DNA of 64,000 nucleotides from Octopus vulgaris (GCA_951406725.2 OX597820.1:14074001-14138000); one strand, 5' to 3'. Counted from the stretch's first letter, positions 24,403 through 39,254 are shown. Numbers and translations are program-made. The notes: generated by a model not told the origin, from the sequence alone.

Positions 24403-24690
24403 TGAAGGCATATGGCCCAGTGTTTAGGGTGTTGCACTCATGGTTGCTAGATCATGGGTTTGATTCCTGAACCAGACAGTGCATTGTGATCTTGAGCCAG
24501 ACACTTCATTTCAGATTGCTCCAGTCCACTTAGCTGTAGATGGGTAACCCTGTGATAGAATAGCTTTCTGATCAGAGGGAATTTTGGCCTGCTTACCTAG
24601 CCAGCAGGGTGACATCATTTGAAAGGTAAAATAATGAAATGTTCATTGTGACCAGTGACATGTAGTGTGGTCAATCATGAGATCACATGA
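24403..24690 (+). mobile_element. SINE family C, degenerate
   Basis: TGGCCCAGTGTTTAGG, GGTTTGATTCC, CORE-like block. Confidence 0.75.
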
Positions 24691-25386
24691 TATATATTTA
24701 TAAGCTCATAATACTTAACTGAAGACCCTGTGCAGCCACCAGCAAAACTCAGAGAAACAAAAGACTGACTTGACCAAGACACACATACATACATTTATAC
24801 ATACGTATAGTGTAGTAAGACATACTATAAGTATGTCACTATTTGTAAGAGAGCTTAGGAAGGTAAAGGAGGAGGACGAAATACTGTAACTAAATAAGTC
24901 AAGGGCAGTTAAGAGAAGATAAAAGAATTTAAAAGCAATTAACAAAAAAAAGGTGAAAAAGATGATTCTAAGAAATCTTGAAAATCTCTTAAAACATTTG
25001 CTTAAAGAAAACAAAAAAAATGTTACAAGCTTAATAAACTTTAAAAAACCCTTAAAGCAAATCCTTGAAGAAACCTCAAAAGAGAGGCAGACGGTGGACA
25101 GACTAAGAGAGAAAGGAAGAGAGAGAGAGAGAGAGAGAGAAATTTATTAACAAATGCTGGTTATAATACATAGACACACATACATAAATATATGCATATA
25201 TATACATGCATTGAACAACATTATAAAAATCAACAGTTCAGTTCTCAGACTCTAACACCTGAATATATTACAGATGTAAATATATTTAAATGCAAATGAT
25301 TAAAAAATAAATTGTTCTAACCTTCCATGGTATTTATAACTGCAAACAAACTTTTTTAAGCTATGATTTTTAAATGAGGAATTTTA

Positions 25387-26387
25387 GGATGCTCAGAGAG
25401 TGTTACCACTAGAATAAGAATAGCCTGGGCAAAGTTTAGAAAGCTTCTACCCCTACTGGTGACAAAAGGCCTCTCGCTCAAAGTGAAAGGTAGATTGTAT
25501 GATGCATGTGTGCGAACTGCTATGCTTCACAGCAGTAAAACACGGGCTGTGACTGCTGAAGACATGCATAGGTGCGAAAGAAATGAAGTTAGCATGATCT
25601 ACTAGATGTGTAATGTCAGTGTGCACACACAACAGTGTAAGAGCCCTGAGAGAAAAGTTGGACATAAGAAGCATCGGATGTGACATGCAAGACATTTGTA
25701 TTGGTATGGTCATGGACAAGGAGAGCTGTATAAAGATGTGCCACTCCCAAACAGTGGAAGGAATCTGGGGTAGAGGGAGACCCAGGCAGAATTGGAATGA
25801 GGTGGTGAAGTATGACCTTCGAACATTGGGCCTCACAGAGGCAATGACAAAAGACCAGGACCTCTGTAGGTATGCTGTGACTGAGAAGACCTGGCAAATA
25901 AAGTGAGCAGTGTAACATACACCAGTGTCGCATAATCAGCCCACTCAAAAGTACCTTGGATCATAGGGTGACATGCCATGCTTGAGGAGACCTATTGAGT
26001 CAAGTACATCAACACCAATATCAAAATCAAATCAAATTACAATCAAATGGAAATTGTAGTTGTGACCCCTATGCCAGTGGCACATAAAATGCATCATCCG
26101 AACATGGCCGATGCCAGTGACACCTTGACTGGCTTCCATGTTGGTGACACGTAAAAAGCACCATCTGATTGTGGTTGATGCCAGCTCCTCTGGCCCCTGT
26201 GCCGGTGGCATGTAAAAAGTACCCACTACACTCTCGGAGTGGTTGGCATTAGGAAGGACATCCTGCTGTAGAAACACTGCCAGATCAGATTAGGGCCTGG
26301 TGCAACCACCTGGCTTCTCAGATCCCAGTCAAACCGTCCAACCCATGCCAGCATGGAAAACAGAGTTAAACGATGATGATGATGATG
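25387..26387 (+). mobile_element. 5'-truncated RTE-clade LINE (ORF C-terminus, 3' UTR with structured repeats, (GAT)n tail)
   Basis: RIRIAWAKFRKLLPLL, KGRLYDACVRTAMLH, GRGRPRQNW; stop at 25906. Confidence 0.9.
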
Positions 26388-26776
26388 CAGCGCCCTAATG
26401 TATACACTCTATATATAGTGTCACTGACGAGAGATTTGTAAAAAAAAGTGTGTGGCCACAACTTAGCGGTTTGGCAAAAGAGACTGACAGGATAAGTACC
26501 AGAAACAATATATAAAAAATAGTATTGGGGGAGGGGGGGGTCAATCCATTTGACAAAAGATTCTTCAAAGATTCTTCGTTCAACTAAAAATTCTTCCAGA
26601 CCCTTCTTGTCTTATCCCAGCTGGACCCAAGTATTTTCTGCATGTATTATTCTGGGATGATTTTGGAATTGTGAGGAAATTTCAGGAAAATATTTATTCC
26701 TGAGAATTGGTGATGTTTCTCAACAAAAACACAAACATCACTGCCTACATAGACATATATATATATATACACACAC

Positions 26777-26821
<45 letters not shown>

Positions 26822-26840
26822 TATATGTATATGTATAAAC

Positions 26841-26873
<33 letters not shown>

Positions 26874-27107
26874 TGTATATATATATATATATATATATAT
26901 ACATACAAACACACACACACATATATATACACACATGCACTCACACAAACATACACGCATACACACACAGACATGCACACACACATATATATATGCATAA
27001 AGGGACAAAAACAACATAAAAATGCACATAAATAGATATAATTACAAATATTTTAAAATTTATTAAGATATTTATTTACCACATACACATATATTATAAG
27101 CAAGCAC

Positions 27108-27249
27108 TTGTGTGTGTGTGTGTGTGTGTGTATGAGTATGTGTGTGTGTGAGTAAGTGTATGTGTGTGTGTGAGTAAGTGTATGTGTATGTGTGAGTAAG
27201 TGTATGTGTGTGTAAGTCTGGCTTTGTGCATGTGTGTGTGAGTCTTGCT

Positions 27250-27283
<34 letters not shown>

Positions 27284-27670
27284 ATGTGTGTGTGTATGTG
27301 TGAGTAAGTGTATGTGTGTGTAAGTCTGGCTTTGTGCATGTGTGTGTGAGTCTTGCTTTGTGTGTGTGTATATGTGTGTGTGTGTGAGTATGTGTGTGTG
27401 TGAGTAAGTGTACGTGTGTGTAAGTCTGGCTTTGTGCATGTGTGTGTGTGTCTTGCTTTGTGTGTGTGTGTGTCTGGCTTTGTGCATGTGTGTGTGAGAA
27501 TCTGGCTTTGCGCGTGTGTGAGTCTGGCATGGTTCATGTGTAAGTCTAGCTTTGTGCATGTGTGTGTGTGTGTGAGTCTGGTTTTGTGCATGCGTGTGTC
27601 TGGCTTTGCGTATGCATGCGTGTATGAGTCTGGCATTGTGTGTGTGTGCGTGTGTACTCATGTGTATGTG
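27108..27670. repeat. (TG)n-based compound minisatellite with AGTCTGGCTTTGTGCAT anchors
   Basis: Visible. Confidence 0.9.
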
Positions 27671-28189
27671 AGTACACTTAAAACAAAAACTCTAAACAAA
27701 TTACAAATATATATCTCCAAAAATAGTTTTTAAAAAAAAAAAAGCGGAAAAAGAAAACCGTTTCCGATATAAATGGAAACAAAAAATTAGAAATTTCAGA
27801 AGTTTAGGGAAAACAAAAATTAAGTAGAAAATATATTAGAAATGGAAGATAAATATGAAGAAACAGGTTATGTATTGATAAGAATTTGCAAAGGAAGTAC
27901 AATTGGTTGGAATTTCCAAAATGAATATTCTCCAACGCTTCAAAGACTCTTTTATCTTACGATTCTGGGGTTTCAGTTTTAATGAACATACTAGAAACAT
28001 TTAGAGGGAAAATATTTTCAATATATTATGATCTTGAAAGTTAATGGGTCCGCTCTAATAGAAAATGCATGCATGGCTTTTAATAATGTTTGGAGGGCAG
28101 ATGTATGGATGTACGCATGCGTGTTTGTGTTTGTGTGTGAGATAACTAAGTATACGTCCTTTTTCTATATAGGGATGTGTTCTCCCTTT

Positions 28190-29253
<1,064 letters not shown>

Positions 29254-29687
29254 GTCTCCATTTATTTATCTGGAGTCCTCTCTGCATCCTTGTACACATT
29301 CTCTATTTATCTGAGCATTTATGTAAAACAGTATTCTGTTATTCTTACATAAAGAAGTGTTCTGTTATTCTGTAATCTTGTTATTCTGTTACGTAAGGAG
29401 GTATGGTTGTGAGTTCAAACAGTTCACTTTATGGATTAAGTGGGTTTGAGTTCAATCCTTGTGCACAACACCTTCACAGTGAACCAAAGAATTGTGAATG
29501 AAATTTTGTGGAGGATAGGTACAGGTACAACTTGCTTCCAAACCATGTGGTCTTGATTTCTGTCCTGCTGAATGGCACCTTGGGTAAGTGGCTCCCGCTA
29601 TATCCTCGGGTCAACTTGAATATTACATGTGGATTTGGTAGATGGAAACTGTGTGGAAGTTCATCATACACATACATACGTCCACCA

Positions 29688-29761
<74 letters not shown>

Positions 29762-29901
29762 GGTCCATCCCATAAATGATGTGGTTTTTTTCAAACTCAG
29801 TAAATAAAAGCTGGAGGGGAACCGGATAAACTATCTGCATCAACTTGCTATAGAAGCAGGTAGTAATTTTACCTTGGGCTAATTCTTTTTCAAAGCTATT
29901 A

Positions 29902-30830
29902 TGTTGTAATACGACCGTACATGAAGTGTTTCGGTGACATATTTCTCCTCTTGTACAACAGCACCCGGCCGCATCCCAACATAACATAACTTAATGTTAT
30001 ATAAGCCATAATACATGTTTATAAACAGTGCCAAAGTAAATGAATAAAGGACTCCAAAAACCGTTCTACTTTTATAATGAGAAGATAGATTTTATTCACA
30101 GTGTACAAAGTGATTTGTGATTATTAGCGTAGTGTTGTGTCATGAATGCATGCTTATAATATTTGTGTCTGTGTGTTCGTGTGTGCGACAGAAGTACAGA
30201 ATAAGGTGTATGCAAATACAACAGAGCATAGAGAAGTCTCAACAATTTGAGTTAAAATGGAGTTATTTTAGAGTTATTTTACCAGTTCATGTAGTACACG
30301 ATAATGAGTTCTATAACAAGATTTGAGTCTCGGAGCTGAGATTAGTTGAATCACTTGTTGAGCATATTTTTCTCTTGATATAGAGATTCTTTCAGATATA
30401 TATACTGCAACTGTTTTTCCGTGGTGAGATGTGCACACTAACAGCATGAGTTGAATCTGTATTTATCTTGTGTACAAGTTGAAATCTTCATAGATGGAGA
30501 CGATGTTGGTGATGACGTTCTGTCTGTTGCTGGTTTACAATAGCGTCTTCATAATATGGTTGGCTTGGCTGTCATCTGCCTTTCGAAATGGAACATGGTT
30601 GAGTAAGCTCTGTGTGGTCTCCGACCAAGACCTTAAAAGGTCTTAAGCCGAAGGACAGTGAATCGTGAGATGATCAGCCTATTTAAAGAGTTAAGATGGC
30701 TCAAATGAAAGGTCCAATCTGAAAGCCGTGATTGGTCAGTTTACACACTGGCGCGAAATAAGTAGAGAGACAGACCATGCTTAGATGCTAACCAATCAGA
30801 TCAGTGGACACAACAAGGTTAAACTAGCCA
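29902..30830 (-). mobile_element. Possible solo LTR-like sequence
   Basis: Minus-strand order CCAAT boxes, TTTAAATA, AATAAA, candidate ...ACA end; no TSD found. Confidence 0.3.
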
Positions 30831-30920
30831 AAGATGTTTGTAATCTCAAATGAGATCATTCTTAATATTTTTCTCAAACAGTGAAGATAGCAATGAAGAA
30901 AGCAATATTGCTACACTATA

Positions 30921-31925
30921 ATGGAAGTGACAAAGGAGCATATTCGGTATATTTTGCTTTATGAGTTCAATAAAGGCAACAACACAATGGAAAGTGTGAG
31001 GAATATTAATGCAGTATAAGGGGATTGGACAATAAGCATAAGCCAGTGTTAATGGTGGTTCCAGAAATTCTGAGCCAGAAACTACAGCCTAGAAGACAAG
31101 CCTTGTCTTGGAAGATTTGTAGAGCTCAACAAGGATGTCCTGCAAACCTTGGTGGAACAAAATCCCATCATGACTGTTGAAGAGCTAGAAGAGAAGCTTG
31201 GATTTGGTCATTCAACCATTCATTGACTCCTGTGTGCCATCGGAAAAGCCAGAAAATTAGGTCAATGGGTTCCTCACATACTTTCCGAGTCTAATTGCAT
31301 TCAGAGAGTGAACAACGTGTGCTCTTCTTTGATGTCATGTCTCATGAATGAACCTTTTTTTGGACCGAATGGTGACTGAAGAGAAATGGGTTCTCTATAA
31401 AAATGTCAAGTGCCAAAGACAGTGGGAAAGGAAAGGAGAAACACTGGCACCCCAGGTTAAAGAAGGTGTTCACCAATGTAAGGTATTATCTGTTTGGTGG
31501 AATATGAAAGGTTTAGTCCACTTTGAACTTTTAAAGCCAAACCAAATGATAACAAAGGCGATTTACTGTGAGCAGATTGAATGGCTTAAGTCACCTATAG
31601 AAGAAAATCGATCATCTTTGGTTTCAAGAAAAAAGGTGTTCTTCCATCAGGATAATACTCGGCCACATACAGCAAGGATGACATTCCAAAGGCTGGAGCA
31701 GTTTGAAAGGGAAACAATTCCTCACCCACCATATTCGCTGGACATTGCCCCATCTGATTATCATTCCACAGTCTTCAAAATCATTTAGACGGAAAAATGT
31801 ATGAATTCAGTAGACAAGATAAGAACAATATTGGAAGAGTATTTTCCACCACGGTCAAGTGAATTTTGGAAGAAGGGCCTTGCAAATCTACCAGATGGAT
31901 GGAAGAACATTATAGAAAATGAAGT
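30921..31925 (+). pseudogene. Decayed mariner (DD34D) transposase
   Basis: MEVTKEHIRYILLYEF, GQWVPH, HQDNTRPH-(34)-PYSLDIAPSDY, LPDGWKNIIEN; several stops and frameshifts. Confidence 0.92.
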
Positions 31926-32346
31926 AAAATCAAAATCTAAATCAAAAATCAAATCACAGTCAAATGGAAATTGTAGTTGTGGCGGATGCCAGTGCTGCCT
32001 GACTGGTTTGCGTGCTGGTGGCCCACAATAAGCACCATTCATGCTTGGGTCATTGCCAGTGCCATCTAACTGGCTCCTCATGCCGGTGGCACATAAAAAG
32101 TACCATCTGAATGTGGCCCATGCCAGTGCCGCCTGACTGGCTCCTGTGCTGGTGGCACGTGAAAAACAATCCACTATACTCTCAGAGTGGTTGGCATTAG
32201 GTAGGGCATCCAGCTGTAGAAACATTGCCAGATCACATTGGAGCCTGGTGTAGCCTCCTGGCTTTGCCAGTCCTCAATCAAACCGTCCAACCCATGCCAG
32301 CATAGAAAGCGAACGTTAAACAATGATGATGATGATGATGATGATG
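31926..32346 (+). mobile_element. RTE LINE 3' UTR fragment
   Basis: (AAATC)n, three structured units, terminal block and (GAT)n as at 26020-26387. Confidence 0.85.
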
Positions 32347-32364
32347 CACACACACACACATACG

Positions 32365-32529
32365 CAAATTGATCCCAATACTTTTATCTTTTAAAGTCTG
32401 ATGCTTATTCTGTTGGTTTGACTCGTTTGCCAAACTGCTAAGTTAAGGGGGTATAAACACACTGCCAACTGTCAAGCAGTGATGGAGGACAAACACACGC
32501 ACACACACACACACATACATGCATGTGTA

Positions 32530-32574
<45 letters not shown>

Positions 32575-32972
32575 TCATCATCATCATCATCGTTTAATGT
32601 CTGCTTTCCATGCTGGCATAGGTTGGATGGTTTGACTGGGGACTGACAAGCCAGGAAACCTCACCAGGCTCCAATCTGATCTGGCAATGTTTCTACAGCT
32701 GGATGCCCTTCCTAACGACAACCACTCTGAGAGTGTAGTGGTTGCTTTTTATGTGCCACCGGCACAGGAGCCAGTCAGGCAGGATTGCCATCAATCATGT
32801 TCAGATAGTGCTTTTTATGTACCACCAGCCAGTCAGGGTGTACTGGCATATCCATTCAAAAGGCTTCGGTCAGCCTGAGACTATAGTAGGAGAGACTAGC
32901 CCAAGGTACCAAGCAATGGGACTGAACCCAGAATCATGTGGTTGGGAAGTAAACTTCTTACCACACAGCCAT
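32365..32972 (-). mobile_element. SINE family B interrupted by an RTE 3' fragment (32572-32849, minus)
   Basis: SINE body 32365-32500, head 32850-32972, RTE tail inside the internal microsatellite. Confidence 0.75.
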
Positions 32973-33211
32973 ATATCAATTTTTGTACAATACATACATG
33001 AGAGTTTGGGAAAAGTGCCCAATCCTGGCACTCATCAGAGGAGATGATAGGAAGAGAGGTGGTGGTGGTGGCCCTTTCCCACGGAAAGTCAGGAAGTGTC
33101 ACATCCAGACTTTGGGTGTTGTGAAAAACCAGAGAGGAAAATACCAATGGAAGGAGTTCTAAGAGGAATTTCTTCAGGATGCAGATCAGACAGTACCTTC
33201 CAAGACTACCT

Positions 33212-33443
33212 ACTTCTTTATTGCCCACAAGGAGCTAAACATAGAGGGGACAAACAAGGAGAGACAAATGGATTAAGTCGATTATATCGACCCCAGTGCA
33301 TAACTGGTACTTATTTAATCGACCCCAAAAGGATGAAAGGCAAAGTCGACCTCGGCGGAATTTGAACTCGGAACGTAGCGGCAGACGAAATACCACTAAG
33401 CATTTCGCCCAGCATGCTAACGTTTCTGCCAGCTCGCCGCCTT
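33212..33443 (-). mobile_element. Well-preserved SINE family A with a 10-bp TSD
   Basis: AAGACTACCT at 33202-33211 and 33444-33453. Confidence 0.92.
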
Positions 33444-33882
33444 AAGACTACCTTATCCAAGACTACCTTCCAAGACTAACTTATCCAATCTCCCTCTGTT
33501 TTGTTCAGCATTTGGGACAGTATTTTGAGAGGCATTTGACTGCTATTTCTAGTACAGGCTTTTCCCTTGTTTGCAATGTTATATAGCTGTTAGTTTATAT
33601 CACAAAACATACAACATATTCCAGTACTACAAATATCCAATATCAACCTGATTAATTAGTTAATTTTTTATTTATTTATCTAGTTTCTTTCTCTTTCTCT
33701 CTCTCTTTTTTCTTCGATATTTTTTTATTTTTTATTTTTGTAAGTTATTGTTAGTCCTTCCAGCAGGCACTGAATGGAGGTAAAAAAAAAAGGAGGCCAA
33801 TTGTTGTAGCTTGTCTAGGTGTCATTATATTTTATTTCTGCTGTTGGCATTTTGATATTTGCTTTAATACATTCTCATTCAA

Positions 33883-33945
<63 letters not shown>

Positions 33946-34155
33946 TGCATGCACACATGCAAACACACATACACTCAAACACACACATATACACACATAC
34001 ACATGCATACATCAAAGAGAGACACACACACATTCATACACACACATATGCACACATACACACATGTACAAAGTTTTACACTCATACACATACAAACGCA
34101 TTCATACACATACCAACACTCACACACCCACCCTCACATACACATACCTACACAC

Positions 34156-34186
<31 letters not shown>

Positions 34187-34372
34187 GGCACATGCACATA
34201 TGCAAACACACATACACTCAAACACACATACACATACATACAACAAAGATAAACACACACACACACATTCATACACCTACATACACACACACACACAGAT
34301 ATTCACATACTGACACTCACACACTCACCCTCACATACACACACATATACAAATACATTCACACACACACAC
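33883..34372. repeat. (CA)n block
   Basis: Visible. Confidence 0.95.
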
Positions 34373-34663
34373 AAATTCCTTCTTTTGTCAAATTTATTGC
34401 TGTTGTTGTTATTGTTGTTGCTGTTGTTGTCTAGTCATTTGTCATCTCCTCATTTTTCTTCTTAATCTGTTAATTGTTTTTCTTGTAATTTTCATTTTTT
34501 TTATATATAGTATTTTTTTTTAATTGGCTGTAAATCATTAGTGTTGTTGTTATTGCTCCTGTTGTTGCTGTTGTTAATTAATTAAATTAGAGGTAGTTCT
34601 TGTTTTCATCAATTAGTCATTCAGAAAATGCCATTTATTTCATTACAACAAATTATATACCTC

Positions 34664-34715
<52 letters not shown>

Positions 34716-35329
34716 AGGCACATACATACACACACATGTGTATGTGTATAAATGAAAAAAAGAGCACTCAGTACATTGCATAGAGTACATATTTATAGGT
34801 TAGTTGTTAATGGCTCACAGTGTCATAACTCAGAGTTTCATAAGCTATTATCCTAACAGAGTTACATAATCTATTATTGTTGCTCAGATATGTAGGAGAA
34901 GGTGGTGACATGTGCAGACTGATGCTGTGATAGAGGCCAGTCTGTTTAATGTAGTTTTTCTCTATCTTTTAATGGTGGTTTCAGTTTATTAATTAAAATA
35001 GCCTTCTTGATTTGATGTTATGCTCCATAGCTCTGATGAATACTCCAGCCACTAGAGTCATGGAACGTAACATAGGCAACCTTCAAATCAAGAAGGCTAT
35101 CCTAATTACTCTTTCTCCATCCATATTATTGCTTTTTCATTGTTTATTTTTTAATCTCTCTCTCTATATATATATATGTGGTTGTGTGTATTTTTATGTG
35201 TGTGTGTGTGTATGCATTTCAATGTTTTTATGCGCAGTTATTATAAATATAATTTTACATTAATCTAACGAGTTACTCTATACTTCTGTAGACTTCAAAT
35301 ATATTATTCTTATACAAGAATATTATGGC

Positions 35330-35372
35330 CAGTGACTCTGAAGTTTCAACCAGCTAAGCCATCCTCAGACTG
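35330..35372 (-). ncRNA. Type I hammerhead-like motif with an intact catalytic core
   Basis: CAGT CTGAGGA T GGCT-TAGCT-GGTT GAAA CT-TCAG-AG TC ACTG. Confidence 0.55.
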
Positions 35373-35539
35373 TGTATATATACTTAAGCTGGTGTGGTTT
35401 TGCCTGGCAAATATGAAAGATAATCAGAATAAGAGTGCTGGAGATAGAAACAATCTTTATAAGAAGTTCCTTTGGGAATAATTAAAAAAAATATCTTCTT
35501 TTAACTTTTACTTGTTTCACTCATTGGAATGTGGCCATG

Positions 35540-35676
35540 TTGATGATGATGATGATGATGGTAGTGGTGATGATGATGATGACGATCGTGGTGGTGATGG
35601 TGATGATGATGATGATAATGATGATGAAGACAATGGTGATGGTGATGATGATGATGACAATGGTGGGGGGTGATGG

Positions 35677-35707
<31 letters not shown>

Positions 35708-35962
35708 GGCAGGGGTGATGATGATGATAATGATGATGACAATGGTCGTGGTGGCGGGGTGATGGTGATGGGGATGATGATGACGACGACGATGGTGATG
35801 ATGATGATGGTGATGATGATGGTGGTGATGATGATGATGATGATGATGATGATGGTGGTGATGATGATGATGATGGTGGTGATGATGATGATGATGATGA
35901 TGGTGGTGATGATGATGATGGTGGTGGTGATGCTGGTGGTGGGTGTGATGGTGATGATGATG
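35540..35962. repeat. Cryptic (GAT)/(GGT) repeat
   Basis: Visible. Confidence 0.95.
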
Positions 35963-36397
35963 TTTATGGGAAAGAGGATGAAGCCAGTAATACTGGTGAT
36001 GAAGGCAACGATGTCAAGCTTAATAAAATAATTATAACATACGTAAAATAAATTAAAATGAATTAATTTTTTGACTTCTCAAAAATAAAAAAAAAGAGAA
36101 AAAATATTAGTTTTTGACCATAATTCCTGTTGATGAGTTCCTGTAGAAGACAGAAATAATGGTCTGCGATGGAATATCATGGAACTTTCTAAGAAAGAGA
36201 AAGAAGTAGATCTATTAAGATTTAAAACAGGTTGGAAGAAACGTCAGAAGAAGGAGAAATTCTGTGGCTCTGTATTGTGTTTCATATTTGAAGAGTGCAA
36301 TGGGTCATTGTGTGTGTGTGTGTGTGGGGGTGCACGTGAGTGTACTCTTAATATATATGTGTTTTGTGTGTGTGTGCATCTCTTTTGTGTGTAAGTG

Positions 36398-36434
<37 letters not shown>

Positions 36435-36631
36435 TTATATACATATACATATACATATACATATATATATATATATGTACATTCCCACATCCGTACATCT
36501 GTACATCGTGTTGCATATTTGTGAGTGTGCATGATGCCACACAGTGGGACTGAACCCAGAACCATGTGGTTGGGAAGCAAGGTTTTTTACCACAGAACCA
36601 TTTTTGCCCCTATATATACACATACATATGC

Positions 36632-36674
<43 letters not shown>

Positions 36675-37542
36675 TATACATATATACACAAAGATATGCA
36701 CACACACACACACTGGAAAACAGATGTTGAATGATGATGATGATATGAATATATACATACACACATATAAATGTATATATATTATATATATATAATAATA
36801 TAATATATATGTCTCTATCTATCTATACATATATACATATGTGTTTGTGTGTGTGTGTCTGTATGTATATAGAATAATATATATATATATATATATATAG
36901 ATATTCACTTATATAAACATATATATTCATTTATTTCTTCTATATATTTGTGTGCATATATATATATATACATATATATACATATATATATAATTTTTTG
37001 GCAGTTTTCTACTTTTCAATGCTAGACATAATAGGTAGGATTGCTTCTCTTTTATCCTTTTTTTTTCAAAGAAAGTGAATGTTTTGACAGCTGGAGCTTA
37101 TTGTCAGTCAGGCAGACTCTGGCTCATCACACATCACCCATCACTCCCTCACTGCATGGAAATGAACTCTTCCATGGTATTCAAGCTACCCAAAGGATTA
37201 CCAGAAATTTATTTAATACATTATTGCACTTCTTATCACGCAGTTTAAGGTTATACAAATTTCAAAAGCAAAAATATAAAGAAAGAGAAGAAAAAGTAAA
37301 ATTAAAATGGGATGAAAGATAAACCCAGAAAAAAATGCACATTTTTTCTGCATGTAAACAAAAAAGAACGAGTGATTCTGGAATTGTTGATGCATGGAGA
37401 AGATGCATAAAACCACAACCCATTTGCTATGAGTGTCACAAAGTGCTATTAACCCTAGCTCACCTTTTTCTTTCTTGTTTACAAAGGTTTTGTGGGGCGT
37501 TACTGTTGTGTTGTTGTTGTAATAACACTTGTACACATATAT

Positions 37543-37705
37543 GCAGGCGTGGCTGGGTGGCAAGGAGTTTCCTTCCCAACCATAAGGATCTGGGTTCAGT
37601 CCCACTGTGTGGCACCTTGGGCAAGTGTCTTCCGCTATAGTCTCAGACTGACCAATGCCTTGTGAGTGGATTTGGTAGATGGAAACTGAAAGAAGCCAGT
37701 TGTGA
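37543..37705 (+). mobile_element. SINE family B, 5' half
   Basis: Head through GGAAACTGAAAGAAGCC. Confidence 0.85.
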
Positions 37706-37711
37706 GTATAC

Positions 37712-37945
37712 TCTCTTTTACTCTTTACTCTTTTACTTGTTTCAGTCATTTGACTGAGGCCATGCTGGAGCACCACCTTTAGTCAAGCAAATTGACCCCA
37801 GAACTTATTCTTTGTAAGCCTAGTACTTATTCTATCGGTCTCTTTGCCGAACCGCTAAGTTATGAGTCCGTAAACCCACCAGCATCGGTTGTCAAGCGAT
37901 GTTGGTGGAACAAACACAGATATACAAACATATTCACACATACAT

Positions 37946-38004
<59 letters not shown>

Positions 38005-38172
38005 CATACGACGGGCTTCTTTCAATTTCTGTCTGCCAAATCCACTCACAAGGTTTTGGTTGGTCCAAGGCTACAGTAGCAGACACTTGCCCAAGGTGCC
38101 ACGCAGTGGGACTGAACCTGGAACCTTGTGGTTCATAAGCAAGCTACTTACCACACAGCCATTCCTACGCCT
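37712..38172 (-). mobile_element. SINE family B, full length
   Basis: Tail, internal microsatellite and head all present. Confidence 0.92.
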
Positions 38173-38429
38173 CGATATACATATATTGAGGGTATGAGAG
38201 GTATTGGTGTCAAGAAGATCCAATGGTATCAGGTAACACTAAATAAGTGCTATGGGCATGGACAGACAATAGTTAAGCTAATAATTATTACTCAAACATT
38301 TTCTTGTACTGCCTGTGATGGAGGGATATAGAAAATATCCCAGAAACAGCTGTAAGACCTTTTCTTTATAAATGTTCTGAAAACTATTCACAGCCTTGGA
38401 TTTTTTATTCTCATTCTGTCAATTTTATA

Positions 38430-38467
<38 letters not shown>

Positions 38468-38477
38468 CACACACATA

Positions 38478-38777
38478 CAGCCTTGTGAGTGGATTTGGTA
38501 GACGGAAACTGAAAGAAGCCCGTCGTATATATGTATATATACATGTGTATATGTGAGTGTGTATATGTTTGTGTGTCTGTGTTTGTACCCTCAACATCAC
38601 TTGACAACTGATGCTGGTGTGTTTATGTTCCTGTAACTTAGCAGTTCTGCAAAAAGAGACCGATAGAATAAGTACTAGGCTTGCAAAGAATAAGTCCTGG
38701 GGTCCGATTTGCTCGACTAAAGGCAGTGCTCCAGCATGGCCACAGTCAAATGACTGAAACAAGTAAAGAGAAAGAGA

Positions 38778-38780
<3 letters not shown>
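38478..38780 (+). mobile_element. SINE family B, 5'-truncated
   Basis: From AGCCTTGTGAGTGGATTTGG to the tail. Confidence 0.88.
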
Positions 38781-38816
<36 letters not shown>

Positions 38817-39254
38817 AACTGCTCACCTGATTAAATGCAAGTCACATGACTGGAGTGAATGCATACAGGCTGTTCATTAACCCCTTTCCATGCAGATTTG
38901 ACATGTAGCTCTGATTATGTGCAGAGAGAAAGAGACTTCATATGAAAAGGTCAACATGGCTTTTGTAAGTATTGTTGATTGAATTCTATGAATAGTAGCC
39001 ATTAATCAGCTGTTCACTTTGTTACAATAACTGGCAGAAAACTAGAACTGAGAAAATAACTGGTTTGTCTAACTGTTGTTTCTATCTCATCAGCAGTTTT
39101 CTTAATATTACAAAAGAAGAAATGAAAAACCTGAAGTCAGCAGAATGGCAAAACTGACAGGATTTTTATATTGAACTAGTTTGCAGTGTTTTTGTTTTGC
39201 CTCTCTGCATTAGAAGTTCTAATCTCACAGGAGTTAACATTGGATTTAATTCTA

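Noticed and set aside
24720-24750. Minus-strand micro-exon
   Set aside because: Weak GAG acceptor and GTTAAG donor; no supporting neighbouring exons
33010-33042. Minus-strand CTGATGA GTGCC..GGCAC
   Set aside because: Followed by TTTT rather than GAAA
39071-39098. Minus-strand AACTG CTGATGA GATA GAAA CAA CAGTT hammerhead-like match
   Set aside because: No stem II pair, no stem III and no UH cleavage site
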